Positions 9,521 through 19,579 are shown, counted from the first letter of the stretch. The stretch: 64,000 nucleotides of DNA from an uncultured Bacteroidales bacterium (GCA_903877385.1 CAIRDP010000030.1:9974-73973); one strand, 5' to 3'. Notes: generated from the sequence alone by a model not told the origin. Made by a program: numbers and translations.

Positions 9521-11062
9521 TTACAGATCAAATCCACAATATGATAAACTATAGCTCTTGTTGCATAACGGGAAATCGGATATCTCCTGGTTCCTTACCG
9601 CCAGGGCCAAAGCCATCCAGTTATGAAAGGAAGGGTCTTTTACTTTATAATGAATGATGTTCCCTTTCTCGTCTGTGACTGCGGATTGCATGATCTCTCC
9701 CCTCCATCCCTCGGCCATGGACAAGGCAAAACTTGATGTATGAATGCTGTGATCATAAACTGGTTTGCCGGGGGCCGGGTCAGGGCCATGCCTCTCGAGC
9801 AAGTCCCTGATAATACGGATTGATTTTTCAACTTCAATTTTTCTCAGCATGGCCCTTGCCCATACGTCACCCTGGTGGAGCGTTACCGGTTCATAAGCGT
9901 AATTATTAAAAGCCTGGAAGGGATGTGACCATCGGATATCGCGTTTTACACCGCTGCTTCTCGATGCCATGCCAACGGCCCCGATCATTCCTGCCTGGCG
10001 GGCGCTCAGCTTGCCGATGCCTTCGAAACGGCTGAGGACACTTGGGTTTGTGAATATCTCCTGGCTGATCTGCCCGTATCTTTCTTCAACATCCTTAAGG
10101 TTTGAAAGCAGGGTTTTAACAAATCCATCCTTTAAGGGATAATGGCACCCGCCCGTCCTTACAATTCCTTTGCCAAATCGGTTCCCGCACCATAACTGGG
10201 TTGTATTGATAACGACGGTCCTCAGGGCTTCATTCACCACCTGCCCGAACTGGTATGCTATGTCGGTGCAGAGGGCAGCCGAGTCGCCGATATGCACTGC
10301 TATCCTTTCAAGCTCGAGAGCAATCACACGTTCAGCCTGGAGGGCGGGCGACGGCATTGTTCCCGTAATGACTTCCATAAGCTGGACATGGGCTATTGAA
10401 TGGCCAACGGCCGTATCCCCGGCAATACTCTCGGCAAGTATGGCACGCTGAATACTGGTTAGCTTTTCAAGAAAAAGCTTCTCAATACCCCTGTGCTGAA
10501 AACCAAGCTGTATTTCAAGGTGAAGCACTTTTTCACCCTTGCAAATAAACCTGAAATACCCGGGTTCTATGATCCCTGCATGGATCGGGCCTACACCGAC
10601 CTCGTGGACGCCTTCGCCTTCAATGGAGAAGAAAGAATAGGGATGCATCCCGCATCCCGCATCCTGCATCCTTTGCTCTTCATCCCGCTTATGCGAACGT
10701 AAGGGTTTCATCCATGGATGCCCTGTGAATTCCACTCCGTACTGCTCAGATATTTCGCGTTCAAACATGTGAAATGAAGGAATGGAAGGAGTGAGTGAGT
10801 CAAGAACAGGGGAGGGAGAGGCTTTCTGCTCATGAGAAAGCAGGATCAATGAATGCTCATGGTCTGAAGCGATGCAGCAGAAAAACCTGAGATCTGCACC
10901 CATAGGGACCGCGTGATAGGTAACGCAGTGACATCCCTCATCCACCATCATCTCATTCACCTTATCCATAAATAAAGGATAAGCCAATACAGGAATGTCA
11001 CCAAGGGGAACAACGAATGGATTTGAATTCACCACGACCATACCATCACGCTCTCCATTCAT
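9521..11062 (-). CDS. NuoC+NuoD / HycE-like large subunit lacking Ni-Fe cysteine ligands
   Basis: GPIHAGIIEPGYFRF and GFQHRGIEKL are typical of group-4 hydrogenase/NuoD large subunits. The L1 motif reads ESIAGDTAVGH (expected RxCGxCxxxH). The C-terminus reads DFPLCNKSYSLSYCGFDL (expected DPCxxCxxR). Confidence 0.8.
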   Translation of the reverse strand: MNGERDGMVVVNSNPFVVPLGDIPVLAYPLFMDKVNEMMVDEGCHCVTYHAVPMGADLRFFCCIASDHEHSLILLSHEQKASPSPVLDSLTPSIPSFHMFEREISEQYGVEFTGHPWMKPLRSHKRDEEQRMQDAGCGMHPYSFFSIEGEGVHEVGVGPIHAGIIEPGYFRFICKGEKVLHLEIQLGFQHRGIEKLFLEKLTSIQRAILAESIAGDTAVGHSIAHVQLMEVITGTMPSPALQAERVIALELERIAVHIGDSAALCTDIAYQFGQVVNEALRTVVINTTQLWCGNRFGKGIVRTGGCHYPLKDGFVKTLLSNLKDVEERYGQISQEIFTNPSVLSRFEGIGKLSARQAGMIGAVGMASRSSGVKRDIRWSHPFQAFNNYAYEPVTLHQGDVWARAMLRKIEVEKSIRIIRDLLERHGPDPAPGKPVYDHSIHTSSFALSMAEGWRGEIMQSAVTDEKGNIIHYKVKDPSFHNWMALALAVRNQEISDFPLCNKSYSLSYCGFDL

Positions 11063-12498
11063 TTCGGCAGATTTTGAATAATATCCATGATCATATCCCT
11101 TAAAAATCCGGGCTGTGTAAAGCAGATCACGATCACAAGCCCGAACAGTATGTACTGTGAAACGGTTTGCCAGGGGTTTACTTTTTCACCCGGCCTCACA
11201 CTGGCTGTCCTGGGCTGGGAAAAAACTATGTGAAGCACCCTGGTAAGCATGGCATAAAGCACAAAGCACAGCAGGATGGCGGCAACCGTCATGTAAAGGT
11301 AGTTCCCATTAGCGACCATGGCTTTGAACATCAGCAGTTCCGAGATGAACATACCCGAAGGGGGGATGGCGGTGATGCAGAGCAGCCCCAGCAGCAGGGC
11401 TGTGGCGCCTGCCGGGTAAAGGTTCATGTAATTGCCAGATTCATCCAGGTTATAGGTCCCCATGACCTTGTACGACTGCCCCATCTGGTAAAAAAGCCCG
11501 GCTTTGGCAAAAGAATGAAGTATCACATGCAGTATGGCTGCATAATACCCTATTCCGCCCATTCCAAGAGCTATTGCAACAATCCCCATGTTCTCGAGGC
11601 TGGAATAAGCCAGCATCCGTTTGTTGTGCTTGGCTTTAAGCATATAGCCTGCCGAGATCAGAATCGACAGGAAACCCGAGAGCAGCAGCACATGGTTCAT
11701 AAACGGCAGTATGGGAGTGGCCGAGAAAAGCGCATAAATGCGGAAAATGGCAAGGAACCCCACGTTCATCAGGGTTGTCGAGATAAAAGCGCTGATGGGG
11801 GGAGGGGCCACGGTATGCGCGTCCACGGTCACCGTATGCATGGGAAAGAGTCCCATTTTGGTACTGTAACCTACCAGTACGAATACGAATGCGATCTTCA
11901 GGTAAAGCGGGTTTGCAAGGCGGGCAATCTCGGTAATTGAAGAAAATGAAAGATGGAGAAGGCGTACGTCCCTTACAGTGAACCCCAGGAACAGTATGCC
12001 GATATAGGCCAGGGCGATCCCGATCGAACAAACAAAGACATATTTCCAGGTGGCTTCCAGGGCGATGGCCGTGCGGTCGTGATAGATCAGTGCTGCAACG
12101 GCAAGGGTGGTGGCTTCCACGAAGATCCAGACCGTGGTCATCCCGTTGGCCAGGTAAGCGCCCGTCATTGCGGCAATAAGGGCGATGAGGGCTGAGTGGT
12201 AAATTGCGTAAATCCTGGGAGGGTCATTACGAACATAAATGAAACCGTGGTAAACCGTGGTAATGCTGAGGATCGACAGCACCGATTGCAGCATCAGCCC
12301 GAGGGTGTCGAAGGTGAAATAATCCAGCACCGTTTCGCCCCGGTGCATCCAGCAGTATGCTGTAAAGGCTACGTGAATTACCACATAGGATGAGGTAAGC
12401 AGCCTTGCCAGCGGCTTCGAATGTATCAATGCCACCAGCAGGCCCAGCAGGAGTGAGAGGGCGAAAAAGAGGATGAATATGTGGGCCGGCTCAATCAT
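11059..12498 (-). CDS. antiporter-like membrane subunit (NuoN/NuoM / HyfF-like)
   Basis: About 14 predicted TM helices and the Proton_antipo_M-type core (KMGLFPMHTVTVDAHTVAPPPISAFIS, SSLENMG). Translationally coupled to its neighbours. Confidence 0.8.
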   Translation of the reverse strand: MIEPAHIFILFFALSLLLGLLVALIHSKPLARLLTSSYVVIHVAFTAYCWMHRGETVLDYFTFDTLGLMLQSVLSILSITTVYHGFIYVRNDPPRIYAIYHSALIALIAAMTGAYLANGMTTVWIFVEATTLAVAALIYHDRTAIALEATWKYVFVCSIGIALAYIGILFLGFTVRDVRLLHLSFSSITEIARLANPLYLKIAFVFVLVGYSTKMGLFPMHTVTVDAHTVAPPPISAFISTTLMNVGFLAIFRIYALFSATPILPFMNHVLLLSGFLSILISAGYMLKAKHNKRMLAYSSLENMGIVAIALGMGGIGYYAAILHVILHSFAKAGLFYQMGQSYKVMGTYNLDESGNYMNLYPAGATALLLGLLCITAIPPSGMFISELLMFKAMVANGNYLYMTVAAILLCFVLYAMLTRVLHIVFSQPRTASVRPGEKVNPWQTVSQYILFGLVIVICFTQPGFLRDMIMDIIQNLPK

Positions 12499-13108
12499 CT
12501 TTCAGTATCGTTAAGTCATCGGTTTGCTGCCTGAGGCGCATCACGAATATTCCCAGTATAAGCACGCTCACAAAGATATCCAGCAGTATCCCTATATTGA
12601 TCAGCATGGGGATCTCGCTCCCGATGGCCAGTGAAAGTAAAAGAACGGCGTTTTCAATAACCAGGAAACCGACGAGATGAGAGAAGATTTTCCTGTGCGA
12701 AATGATCATGAACAAGCCTGTATACACGGCAAAAAAAGAAACAATAAAGAACAGCAGGTTATAAGGGGTGGTGTTCATCGAAAAGGAAACCACTATGCTG
12801 AGCAGGAAGCCCAGGCTCACGAAAAGCAGGGAATAGAATGAAGGCAGGGCTTTATCATGGACGCGGGCTACGCCTGTCCTGCGGATGACGGTAAACAGCA
12901 GGTATGGTACAACGATAACTTTGAACAACAGGGTTTCAATAGCAACAAACAGGACTGTGGCAAGTGTGATCCTGTCGAGTTGCAGGAAAGATAAGCCGAA
13001 CAGCAGCAGCCCCTGCAGTCCCACAAGCCCCGCATAGATACTGAACCTCTCGGTAACGCTGAGGTAGATCAGGGTGATGGCAAACACTATGATGAGCATT
13101 GATGTCAT
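12491..13108 (-). CDS. small membrane subunit (HyfE / NuoK-like)
   Basis: 205 aa and entirely hydrophobic. Both position and size match HyfE of hydrogenase-4-type operons. Confidence 0.65.
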   Translation of the reverse strand: MTSMLIIVFAITLIYLSVTERFSIYAGLVGLQGLLLFGLSFLQLDRITLATVLFVAIETLLFKVIVVPYLLFTVIRRTGVARVHDKALPSFYSLLFVSLGFLLSIVVSFSMNTTPYNLLFFIVSFFAVYTGLFMIISHRKIFSHLVGFLVIENAVLLLSLAIGSEIPMLINIGILLDIFVSVLILGIFVMRLRQQTDDLTILKDD

Positions 13109-13109
13109 G

Positions 13110-14024
13110 TCAGCGGATGAGGTTGCGGGTTAATAACAGTACGAGGATGAATGCGATGAGGGCAACCGAACTGAGGGTAACGATGAACTGGGGGTTTTTG
13201 GCCAGTTTCTTCCTTGCGCGGAAGGATTCCATTAGCCCGATAGCAGCAGCAAACCCTGCCTGTACGAGGAGGAACAGCAGCACATTCGTGCCCAGCCATC
13301 CGCCCTTAACAGGTAAGATCAGGTTCGCGATAAGCCCTCCGTAAAGCACGAATTTTAGGTTTGTCCCGGTTTGGATGAGGGCAAGGTCCACCCCGCTGTA
13401 ATCGAGTATCATCACTTCGTGGACCATGGTTAGTTCGAGATGGGTCCTGGGGTCGTCTACAGGCATGCGGCTGTTTTCTATCATGGCGATCTGCAGCAGA
13501 AGGTAGGTTGCGATGGCCCCGGTGATGAGTGAAAATTCGCCTGCAAACTGGAAATGTGAAAAGATATCCTGCATCGAAAGATGGCCCGACAGCAGGGCAA
13601 GGGTTCCGAAGAGGATGAAAAAGGCAGGTTCGGTGAACATGGAATACAGGGCTTCGCGGTTGGCTCCCATGCCTTCAAAGCTGCTGCCGGTATCCATAGC
13701 GCCCAGGATGAACATGAGTTTTCCAAGGGCGAGCAGGTATGCAAAAAGAATGAAATCACCTTCAAAACCCAGTATCGACGGCATGCCCGGGAAGGGGAGG
13801 AGCATAAGAGCGCAAAGGACCGTGGCCAGGTAAACTGCAGGCGCAAGTCTGAAAATGAAGCTTGTTGTTGTGCTGAATACGCTGCTTTTCCTGAAAAGCA
13901 GGAGGATGTTCTTCCAGGCTTGAAGTATTCCCGGGCCTTTACGGCCACCGGCGATGCTTTTCACCCTGAGGATGATCCCCGGGAAAAAGATTGCGGATAC
14001 TATGGCCAGCAGGGCTCCTGTCAT
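13110..14024 (-). CDS. NuoH / HycD-like membrane subunit
   Basis: 304 aa and polytopic, with a NuoH-like motif (FAGEFSLITGAIATYLLLQIAMIENSRMPVDDPRTHLELTMVHEVMILDYSG). Confidence 0.78.
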   Translation of the reverse strand: MTGALLAIVSAIFFPGIILRVKSIAGGRKGPGILQAWKNILLLFRKSSVFSTTTSFIFRLAPAVYLATVLCALMLLPFPGMPSILGFEGDFILFAYLLALGKLMFILGAMDTGSSFEGMGANREALYSMFTEPAFFILFGTLALLSGHLSMQDIFSHFQFAGEFSLITGAIATYLLLQIAMIENSRMPVDDPRTHLELTMVHEVMILDYSGVDLALIQTGTNLKFVLYGGLIANLILPVKGGWLGTNVLLFLLVQAGFAAAIGLMESFRARKKLAKNPQFIVTLSSVALIAFILVLLLTRNLIR

Positions 14025-16045
14025 ATGAGTTTAAGGTATAGCAGTGCAAAGATCAAAAGGATGAAAATAAAAGCATACAATACGTAATGCCTGATATTGC
14101 CGGTTTGCAGCCTGGCCAGTTTTTTCAGTACATACCAGCTGAGATCGGTTAATTTTCCAATGCCCCTGCCAAAGATATCCGAAGTATGCTGATGCAGCGA
14201 GCGGGTACGGGGGAAGATGTCTTCGTTAGAAATGGTCCTGAATTCCTCTCGGTCCCTGAGCACAGGCTGGGCCAGTTCGGCGAGGTTTTCGGCAAACGAA
14301 GTCCCGGTGTATTGCTGCCTGGAAGTTGCGTGGGTATAGCCGCATCCCCAGGTTGGGCCATATTCGGGTTTCCTGTTTTTCAGCAGCAGTGTCCTTATGT
14401 AAAGTATAAGGGTCACAATTGAAATCAGGATGAGGCCGAAAAGGCTGATCCTGTTCAGGGAGGTTCCGTAGAAAACCCCTGAGGAAATCGGGCCCAGGCG
14501 GAAACGGGTTTCGACCAGGCTTGCAATGGGCGAAATCGCAGCCAGCGGCATCAGGCCGATGCCAAGAATCATAAATGCGATCAGAAGCTGGGGAAAGATC
14601 ATATCCCTTGTGATGGCCGAGGCTTGAATAGGAATGACTTTACGGGGAGTTCCGAGGAAGCTTATCCCGAAGGCCCGTGAAAAACTGAAGATTGCAAGCC
14701 CCCCGATCAGGGTCAGTGTGAGAATGACCACTAGGAACACTATGGAAAGGTATTCATTCCCGGCGCCCAATCCTTTGAAGAACCCTGTGTACAAAAGGAA
14801 CTCCGAAATAAATCCGTTCAGGGGGGGGAGAGCGCAGATGGCCGAGGAGCCAAGGAGAAACAAGCCTGCAGTGCGCGGAAGCGAGTGAACCAGCCCACCC
14901 AGTTCCTCGATGTTCCTGGTATGGGTTGCCCTGTAAACCGATCCGGAGGCATAAAAAAGAAGGGATTTGAACAGTGAATGGTTGAGCACATGCAGCAGGC
15001 TGCCGGTGAAGCCGAGGACTGCGAGCACGGGCTTGTGCAGGGCCAGGCCTATGCATCCAAGGCCCATTCCAAGGCCTATGATGCCGATGTTTTCGATGGT
15101 CGAGTAGGCAAGTATCTTTTTCAGGTCGGTCTGTACTATTGAAAATAAAATGCCGAGTAATCCTGTGAAGGCTGAGATGATGAGAATGACCAGCCCGATG
15201 GTGTACCAGTCGGACTGTACCGAAACAAGTACCCTGAATATCCCGTAAATACCCATTTTGATCATCACCCCCGACATAACTCCCGAAACATGGGATGGTG
15301 CGGCAGGATGGGCTTCGGGTAACCAGGTGTGAAACGGAATGAAGCCTGCCTTTACTGCAAACCCGGCAAAGAACAGCAGGAAAAGGCCGGTATTTGAATG
15401 ATTTGCAAAGTATGCAGGCAGGGCGTCAAAGCTCATCACCCCTGTACCGGCTTCGGTAAGAAGGAAAGCAAACAGTAGCAGCACAAAACCGATATGCATC
15501 TGTATAAGGTAATTGACGGCTGTTTTAAGGGTGGCCCGCTTTTCCGCTTCAAACAAGATCAGCATAAAGGATGAAACGGCCATCAGTTCCCAGGCGATAA
15601 GAAATGAAAGCCCGTCGCGGATTGTGAGCACGGCAAGCATGGAAAAGTGAAGCCAGGTATAACTGAAGTTATGCAAGGCAAGCTGGGCCGGGTTCTTGGT
15701 TTTGGCGTAGGCTTTGAGATAGCCCCTGGAGTAAAGAATTCCCGTAAGCACTGTAAAATTGGTCACCAGGATGAAAAATGCGCTCAGGGGGTCGAGGGTG
15801 AAACGGAGTTCCCCAAGGTATCCCCTGAAAACCCAGTTTGTTGAAGTCATGACTTCCCGTATCGGCGATACGGGTATGGCTGAGGCATCGGCAAGGGGAG
15901 AAAAAAACTGGAAGAATGCAGGGACAGAGGTTACCAGGATTACGAACAGGACCAGTGAAAGGGTATAGTAATAGCGTAACCTCCCGGGAACCACCAGGAT
16001 GAGAAATGAACCTAAAACCGCTGCAGGAATGAAAATCTGCTCCAT
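14021..16045 (-). CDS. antiporter-like membrane subunit (NuoL / HycC / HyfB-like)
   Basis: 674 aa and polytopic, with a Proton_antipo_M core (KAGFIPFHTWLPEAHPAAPSHVSGVMSGVMIKMGIYG, YSTIENIG). It is the first gene of the minus-strand operon. Confidence 0.82.
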   Translation of the reverse strand: MEQIFIPAAVLGSFLILVVPGRLRYYYTLSLVLFVILVTSVPAFFQFFSPLADASAIPVSPIREVMTSTNWVFRGYLGELRFTLDPLSAFFILVTNFTVLTGILYSRGYLKAYAKTKNPAQLALHNFSYTWLHFSMLAVLTIRDGLSFLIAWELMAVSSFMLILFEAEKRATLKTAVNYLIQMHIGFVLLLFAFLLTEAGTGVMSFDALPAYFANHSNTGLFLLFFAGFAVKAGFIPFHTWLPEAHPAAPSHVSGVMSGVMIKMGIYGIFRVLVSVQSDWYTIGLVILIISAFTGLLGILFSIVQTDLKKILAYSTIENIGIIGLGMGLGCIGLALHKPVLAVLGFTGSLLHVLNHSLFKSLLFYASGSVYRATHTRNIEELGGLVHSLPRTAGLFLLGSSAICALPPLNGFISEFLLYTGFFKGLGAGNEYLSIVFLVVILTLTLIGGLAIFSFSRAFGISFLGTPRKVIPIQASAITRDMIFPQLLIAFMILGIGLMPLAAISPIASLVETRFRLGPISSGVFYGTSLNRISLFGLILISIVTLILYIRTLLLKNRKPEYGPTWGCGYTHATSRQQYTGTSFAENLAELAQPVLRDREEFRTISNEDIFPRTRSLHQHTSDIFGRGIGKLTDLSWYVLKKLARLQTGNIRHYVLYAFIFILLIFALLYLKLI

Positions 16046-16165
16046 CGCGTGTGCAAAGTAAACGTAATCCCTGCCTCAAATGAGTACCCGCCGGCAGAAC
16101 TTATAAACAGGGAGGCGGTGAAAATTTTTCCACCCCCCTTAACGTTCATCCGCTGAGGCCTGAAA

Positions 16166-18100
16166 TTACCTTGCAGGGCCTGATAATTTAATGAATTTTG
16201 TGTTGAAGTTCAGTTTCCCCGACTCCAGCATCAGGAGGTAAATTCCGTTGATAAAGCCTCTAATTGGTAAAGGGTATTCCTGTTTATCGCCGGGGGTCGC
16301 ACTGACCTGCCCCGAGAACACCTTAATTCCCAGAGGGTTTAATACAGTTATATTTACAAGCCCGGATAATCCGGCCGGGAATTTTATTTTGAGGATATCG
16401 GTGGCTGGATTCGGGTAAACTGTAAAAAAGGGATTGGAAACGGGCGGGTCAATGCCCAGGTCGGGTCCCAGGAAAATATTGCGAACATACATGTCGTTGC
16501 CGCTGAAGGACCGGATCCCGCGAACCCTTATCAGCAGTTTGCCGGAACCGGATTCCCCTGAAAGGTCCACCTGGAATTTTTTCCATTGGCTTGTATCGGG
16601 CAGCCAGCCTATGAATTCAAACTCTCCGCAACCTCCGATGTCAATGTCGGTTGCCCATTTTTTAAGCACATTTCTCCAGCTTGTTCCGCAGTCGGTAGTC
16701 ACATCCACCCTGATTGTATCATGTGACATGTCCGGATTCCCGTTGCTGCACCAGGCAACTTCAAGGCCCAGTTTGAGCGAATTCATTTTGGAAACGTCGA
16801 ACAGCGGAAGAAAAAAGTCGTTGTATGTGCCTTCCTGCATGGTAAAAAGCCTTAGCTGCAAGGCCGAAATCAAATAAGATGAAGAAATGGTATTGTAGGA
16901 AATACGCTTCCAGGTATTTCCGTCTTTGTTGGGATTGTATACCGACCAGCCGGGGTAGGGCCAGCCCTGGGAGGTGAAATATTCATGTATGGGTGGTGCG
17001 ACGGGCGTGATGGCAATTGTAATCACATTTTTGCAGGCGGCTATTGTTGAGTTTATGATGGGTTTATTATTAGGCTTTAGCACTGCAGTGTAAATTGAAT
17101 GGCCTCCGTTTTCAAGGTAAACCGAATTAAAAGACACTTCCTGTTTCAGTCCCGGGGCGACCTTCCCTGACCATTTTACCGTATCGGCTTTGGATGTGGT
17201 ATCGGGATAACAAATAAGCAGGGCTTGTTTCAATGTATCCGTCCCCAGGTTCCATAAAGTGACTTTTGGATTTTTCAGACTGTCGCCGCATTGCAAAGGA
17301 GGGAAATTCAGGCTTGTGACAGGATCCAGGCCTGCATAATCGGGCAATGCCTGGGCTTGGGTAATGGCCGCCTGCCCGACTTTTTTTGAAACGTCATCCT
17401 GTACAAAGGCGATAACCCTGATCGTAGCCAGGTTGTGAAAATAATCAGGCATGAGTATTTTAAAGAGAAGGGTATCGGCTGTTCCTGAAACCCATGAACA
17501 GGGCAGCACGGCTCCCGAAGGATCAGGGACGAGTTTTTTACAAACCGTTTTAAAGATTTTTTCCCCGTTTGAGCCGGGAGGATAAATAAAGGCAATGGAA
17601 TCTTCAATAACAGCGATACGGGCCCTTAGTTTGCCCGCTTCAAAAGACTGTAAGGTATCGCTGCGGATGATCAGGCTGATGCTTATGGAATCGAGCCCGG
17701 GGCTGAAGGCATGTTGCAGCTTAAGGTGAAAATGTATGGGGACCTGGCTGAGTGAATCAACCAGCTGCTGCGTAATTTGTTCGTACATTTTATTTGTTCC
17801 GTCGGTATATGACATTGGTGCTGAAGACACGCCATAGTACTTCATTCGCTGGTTTATCTGCGCCGAATCGTCGTTATACATCGGATCATAACTGGGAATA
17901 TTAACCTGGTATTTCAGGGTGATGAGCTTGCCGGGATTAAGTTTTACAAGGCTGTCGATGTACCTGTTGCCGGCGGGACAACTTCCACAGGAGGCCCCGG
18001 TAAAATGCTCAATCAGGACCAGGCGGTGGTCCTGGGAAAATGCTGCTGATGCCCTGGCCAATATAAGAAAGACAATCAAAAAGAAATACCTGCTTTTCAT
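16166..18100 (-). CDS. secreted protein with a thioredoxin-like CxxC N-domain (Omp28-like) and a T9SS C-terminal sorting domain
   Basis: Signal peptide MKSRYFFLIVFLILARASAAFSQ, HFTGASCGSCPAGN, and a C-terminal FFTVYPNPATDILKIKF...GIYLLMLESGKLNFNTKFIKL that fits the Por/T9SS CTD pattern. Confidence 0.75.
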   Translation of the reverse strand: MKSRYFFLIVFLILARASAAFSQDHRLVLIEHFTGASCGSCPAGNRYIDSLVKLNPGKLITLKYQVNIPSYDPMYNDDSAQINQRMKYYGVSSAPMSYTDGTNKMYEQITQQLVDSLSQVPIHFHLKLQHAFSPGLDSISISLIIRSDTLQSFEAGKLRARIAVIEDSIAFIYPPGSNGEKIFKTVCKKLVPDPSGAVLPCSWVSGTADTLLFKILMPDYFHNLATIRVIAFVQDDVSKKVGQAAITQAQALPDYAGLDPVTSLNFPPLQCGDSLKNPKVTLWNLGTDTLKQALLICYPDTTSKADTVKWSGKVAPGLKQEVSFNSVYLENGGHSIYTAVLKPNNKPIINSTIAACKNVITIAITPVAPPIHEYFTSQGWPYPGWSVYNPNKDGNTWKRISYNTISSSYLISALQLRLFTMQEGTYNDFFLPLFDVSKMNSLKLGLEVAWCSNGNPDMSHDTIRVDVTTDCGTSWRNVLKKWATDIDIGGCGEFEFIGWLPDTSQWKKFQVDLSGESGSGKLLIRVRGIRSFSGNDMYVRNIFLGPDLGIDPPVSNPFFTVYPNPATDILKIKFPAGLSGLVNITVLNPLGIKVFSGQVSATPGDKQEYPLPIRGFINGIYLLMLESGKLNFNTKFIKLSGPAR

Positions 18101-18531
18101 GGAATTTGTTTTAAACCTTGTTTGACTTTAAAACTCAGGAAAATAATGAAACTCCCAACCCTATTACAAAGATACGTTACCATGAAGCGTTTTGCACGGG
18201 TCAGCATTAATAAAAGAGGCCGGTACCTGAATAAAACGCCCGCTTTGACAAGTATCTGCCATAATCAATTGAGCAAATCATATTGTTGATTTACACACAC
18301 TAATGGCCTTGACTATCCCAGGCTGATTTGAACGGTCCGATCTTGAGTTTTGATTGTTAACAGGTTAAGGTGGTCAATCAAAATCGGCGGCAGGTGGTAA
18401 GATGCTTGGTTCTTTATAAGTTTGAGTGGATGGATGGCATATAATTCAAACAAGTCCATATATTTGTTTCCAAATGGACAGCAAAAAAGTTGTTTTAGAG
18501 GTGGCCATAATAATGATAAAATGAAACTGAA

Positions 18532-19254
18532 ATGGAAAAGAGAACAAAAATCCGGATTTACATATTTGCAGTTATAGCAGTGGCATTGATTTTCACAAGC
18601 AGTTGCAAGAAGACGAATAACAATAACGATTCAACTCCAACACCTGGAACGGTAACAGACATTGACGGTAATATTTATCACACTGTAACGATTGGAACCC
18701 AGACTTGGATGGTTGAGAACCTTAAAACGACCAGGTACAACGATGGCACCTCTATACCGTTGGTAGCAGATAGTGCAACTTGGAGTAATTGGACCATTCC
18801 CGGATATTGCTGGTACAATAATGAAGACGCTACTTACAAAAATACTTTTGGCGCTTTGTATAACTGGTACGCAGTACAAACAGGAAAACTTGCTCCAACA
18901 GGCTGGCACGTGCCCACCGATGCCGAGTTGACAGTACTTACTACATATCTTGGAGGAGAAGCGATAGCAGGTGGAAAAATGAAATCTACCGGCACAATAG
19001 AGGCCGGCACGGGGCTATGGTATACACCCAATACCAACGCAACCAATTCAAGTGGGTTTACAGGCGTTCCGGCAGGCTACCGGTCCGGCAGTGGAGCATT
19101 CCTCTACATTAACTACCTCGGCTTATGGTGGAGTTCTTCTGAGGGCATTACAGGCAGTGCCTGGTTACGGGAACTATACTACATTGTGAGCAATGTACAC
19201 GGAGACTATGGTGGCAAGAGTTTCGGGTTATCTGTGCGTTGCGTTCGGGATTAG
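18532..19254 (+). CDS. FISUMP-domain lipoprotein (Fibrobacter succinogenes major paralogous domain)
   Basis: Lipobox-like IFTSSCKK, then TVTIGTQTWMVENLKTTRYNDGTSIP...FGALYNWYAV...GWHVPTDAEL...FGLSVRCVRD, which is the characteristic FISUMP signature. Confidence 0.85.
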   Translation: MEKRTKIRIYIFAVIAVALIFTSSCKKTNNNNDSTPTPGTVTDIDGNIYHTVTIGTQTWMVENLKTTRYNDGTSIPLVADSATWSNWTIPGYCWYNNEDATYKNTFGALYNWYAVQTGKLAPTGWHVPTDAELTVLTTYLGGEAIAGGKMKSTGTIEAGTGLWYTPNTNATNSSGFTGVPAGYRSGSGAFLYINYLGLWWSSSEGITGSAWLRELYYIVSNVHGDYGGKSFGLSVRCVRD

Positions 19255-19285
19255 CAGGCATATATATAAAGACACTGGAAAAAAC

Positions 19286-19312
19286 AAAACCCACTGATTA
19301 TCAGTGGGTTTT
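19286..19312. terminator. hairpin terminator between the FISUMP gene and tRNA-Arg
   Basis: aaaacccactga / tcagtgggtttt forms a 12-bp stem with a tta loop, A-run on one side and T-run on the other. It could act in both directions. Confidence 0.6.
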
Positions 19313-19386
19313 GGTAGCCCCGGCAGGAATCGAACCTGCATCTAAAGTTTAGGAAACTTCCATTCTATCCATTGAACTACAGGGCC
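19312..19386 (-). tRNA. tRNA-Arg (anticodon CCT)
   Basis: The reverse complement folds by hand into a cloverleaf: GGCCCTG TA GTTC AATGGATA GAAT G GAAGT TTCCTAA ACTTT AGAT GCAGG TTCGATT CCTGC CGGGGCT A CCA. It has a T-loop TTCGATT, an encoded CCA, and G1:U72 plus U6:G67 wobble pairs in the acceptor stem. Confidence 0.85.
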
Positions 19387-19438
19387 AATGGGGCGGCAAA
19401 GGTATAAAAAAAATCAAAGAATTTTATTAATTAGAGGT

Positions 19439-19499
19439 TTAAGCACTCCCGGTAAGTTCCCTGCCCTTCTGGGGTGGGGAACTTACCGGGAGTGCTTAA
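19439..19499. repeat. perfect 22-bp-arm palindromic element (REP/MITE-like)
   Basis: ttaagcactcccggtaagttcc (19439-19460) and its exact reverse complement ggaacttaccgggagtgcttaa (19478-19499) are separated by a 17-nt loop. A related half copy lies at 26366-26399. Confidence 0.75.
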
Positions 19500-19579
19500 A
19501 ATACGGTTATAATCTCAATATCTGGTCTTTCGATGTCGGTTTGCCCGATGATTTCTTTAACGATCTCTGCTTTTGTCAT
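19496..19579 (-). pseudogene. HU/IHF-family DNA-binding protein remnant (first 27 codons only)
   Basis: My minus-strand translation from ATG 19579 is MTKAEIVKEIIGQTDIERPDIEIITVF*. The MTKAEIV.EI...T.I opening is the usual Bacteroidota HU N-terminus. The stop codon falls inside the right arm of the palindromic element, and no HU continuation exists beyond it. Confidence 0.45.

Noticed and set aside
8750-16045. Annotating the cluster as a functional hydrogenase-4 / formate hydrogenlyase.
   Set aside because: The Ni-Fe cysteines of the large subunit and all four proximal-cluster cysteines of the small subunit are substituted, and no formate dehydrogenase or hyp genes accompany it. A catalytic H2-evolving role is not supported.
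19312-19386. tRNA-Arg as the attachment site of the prophage or of another integrated element.
   Set aside because: The prophage boundaries are 8 kb away, inside a protein-coding gene, with a 5-bp duplication. No integrase gene and no duplicated tRNA 3' segment is visible near the tRNA.
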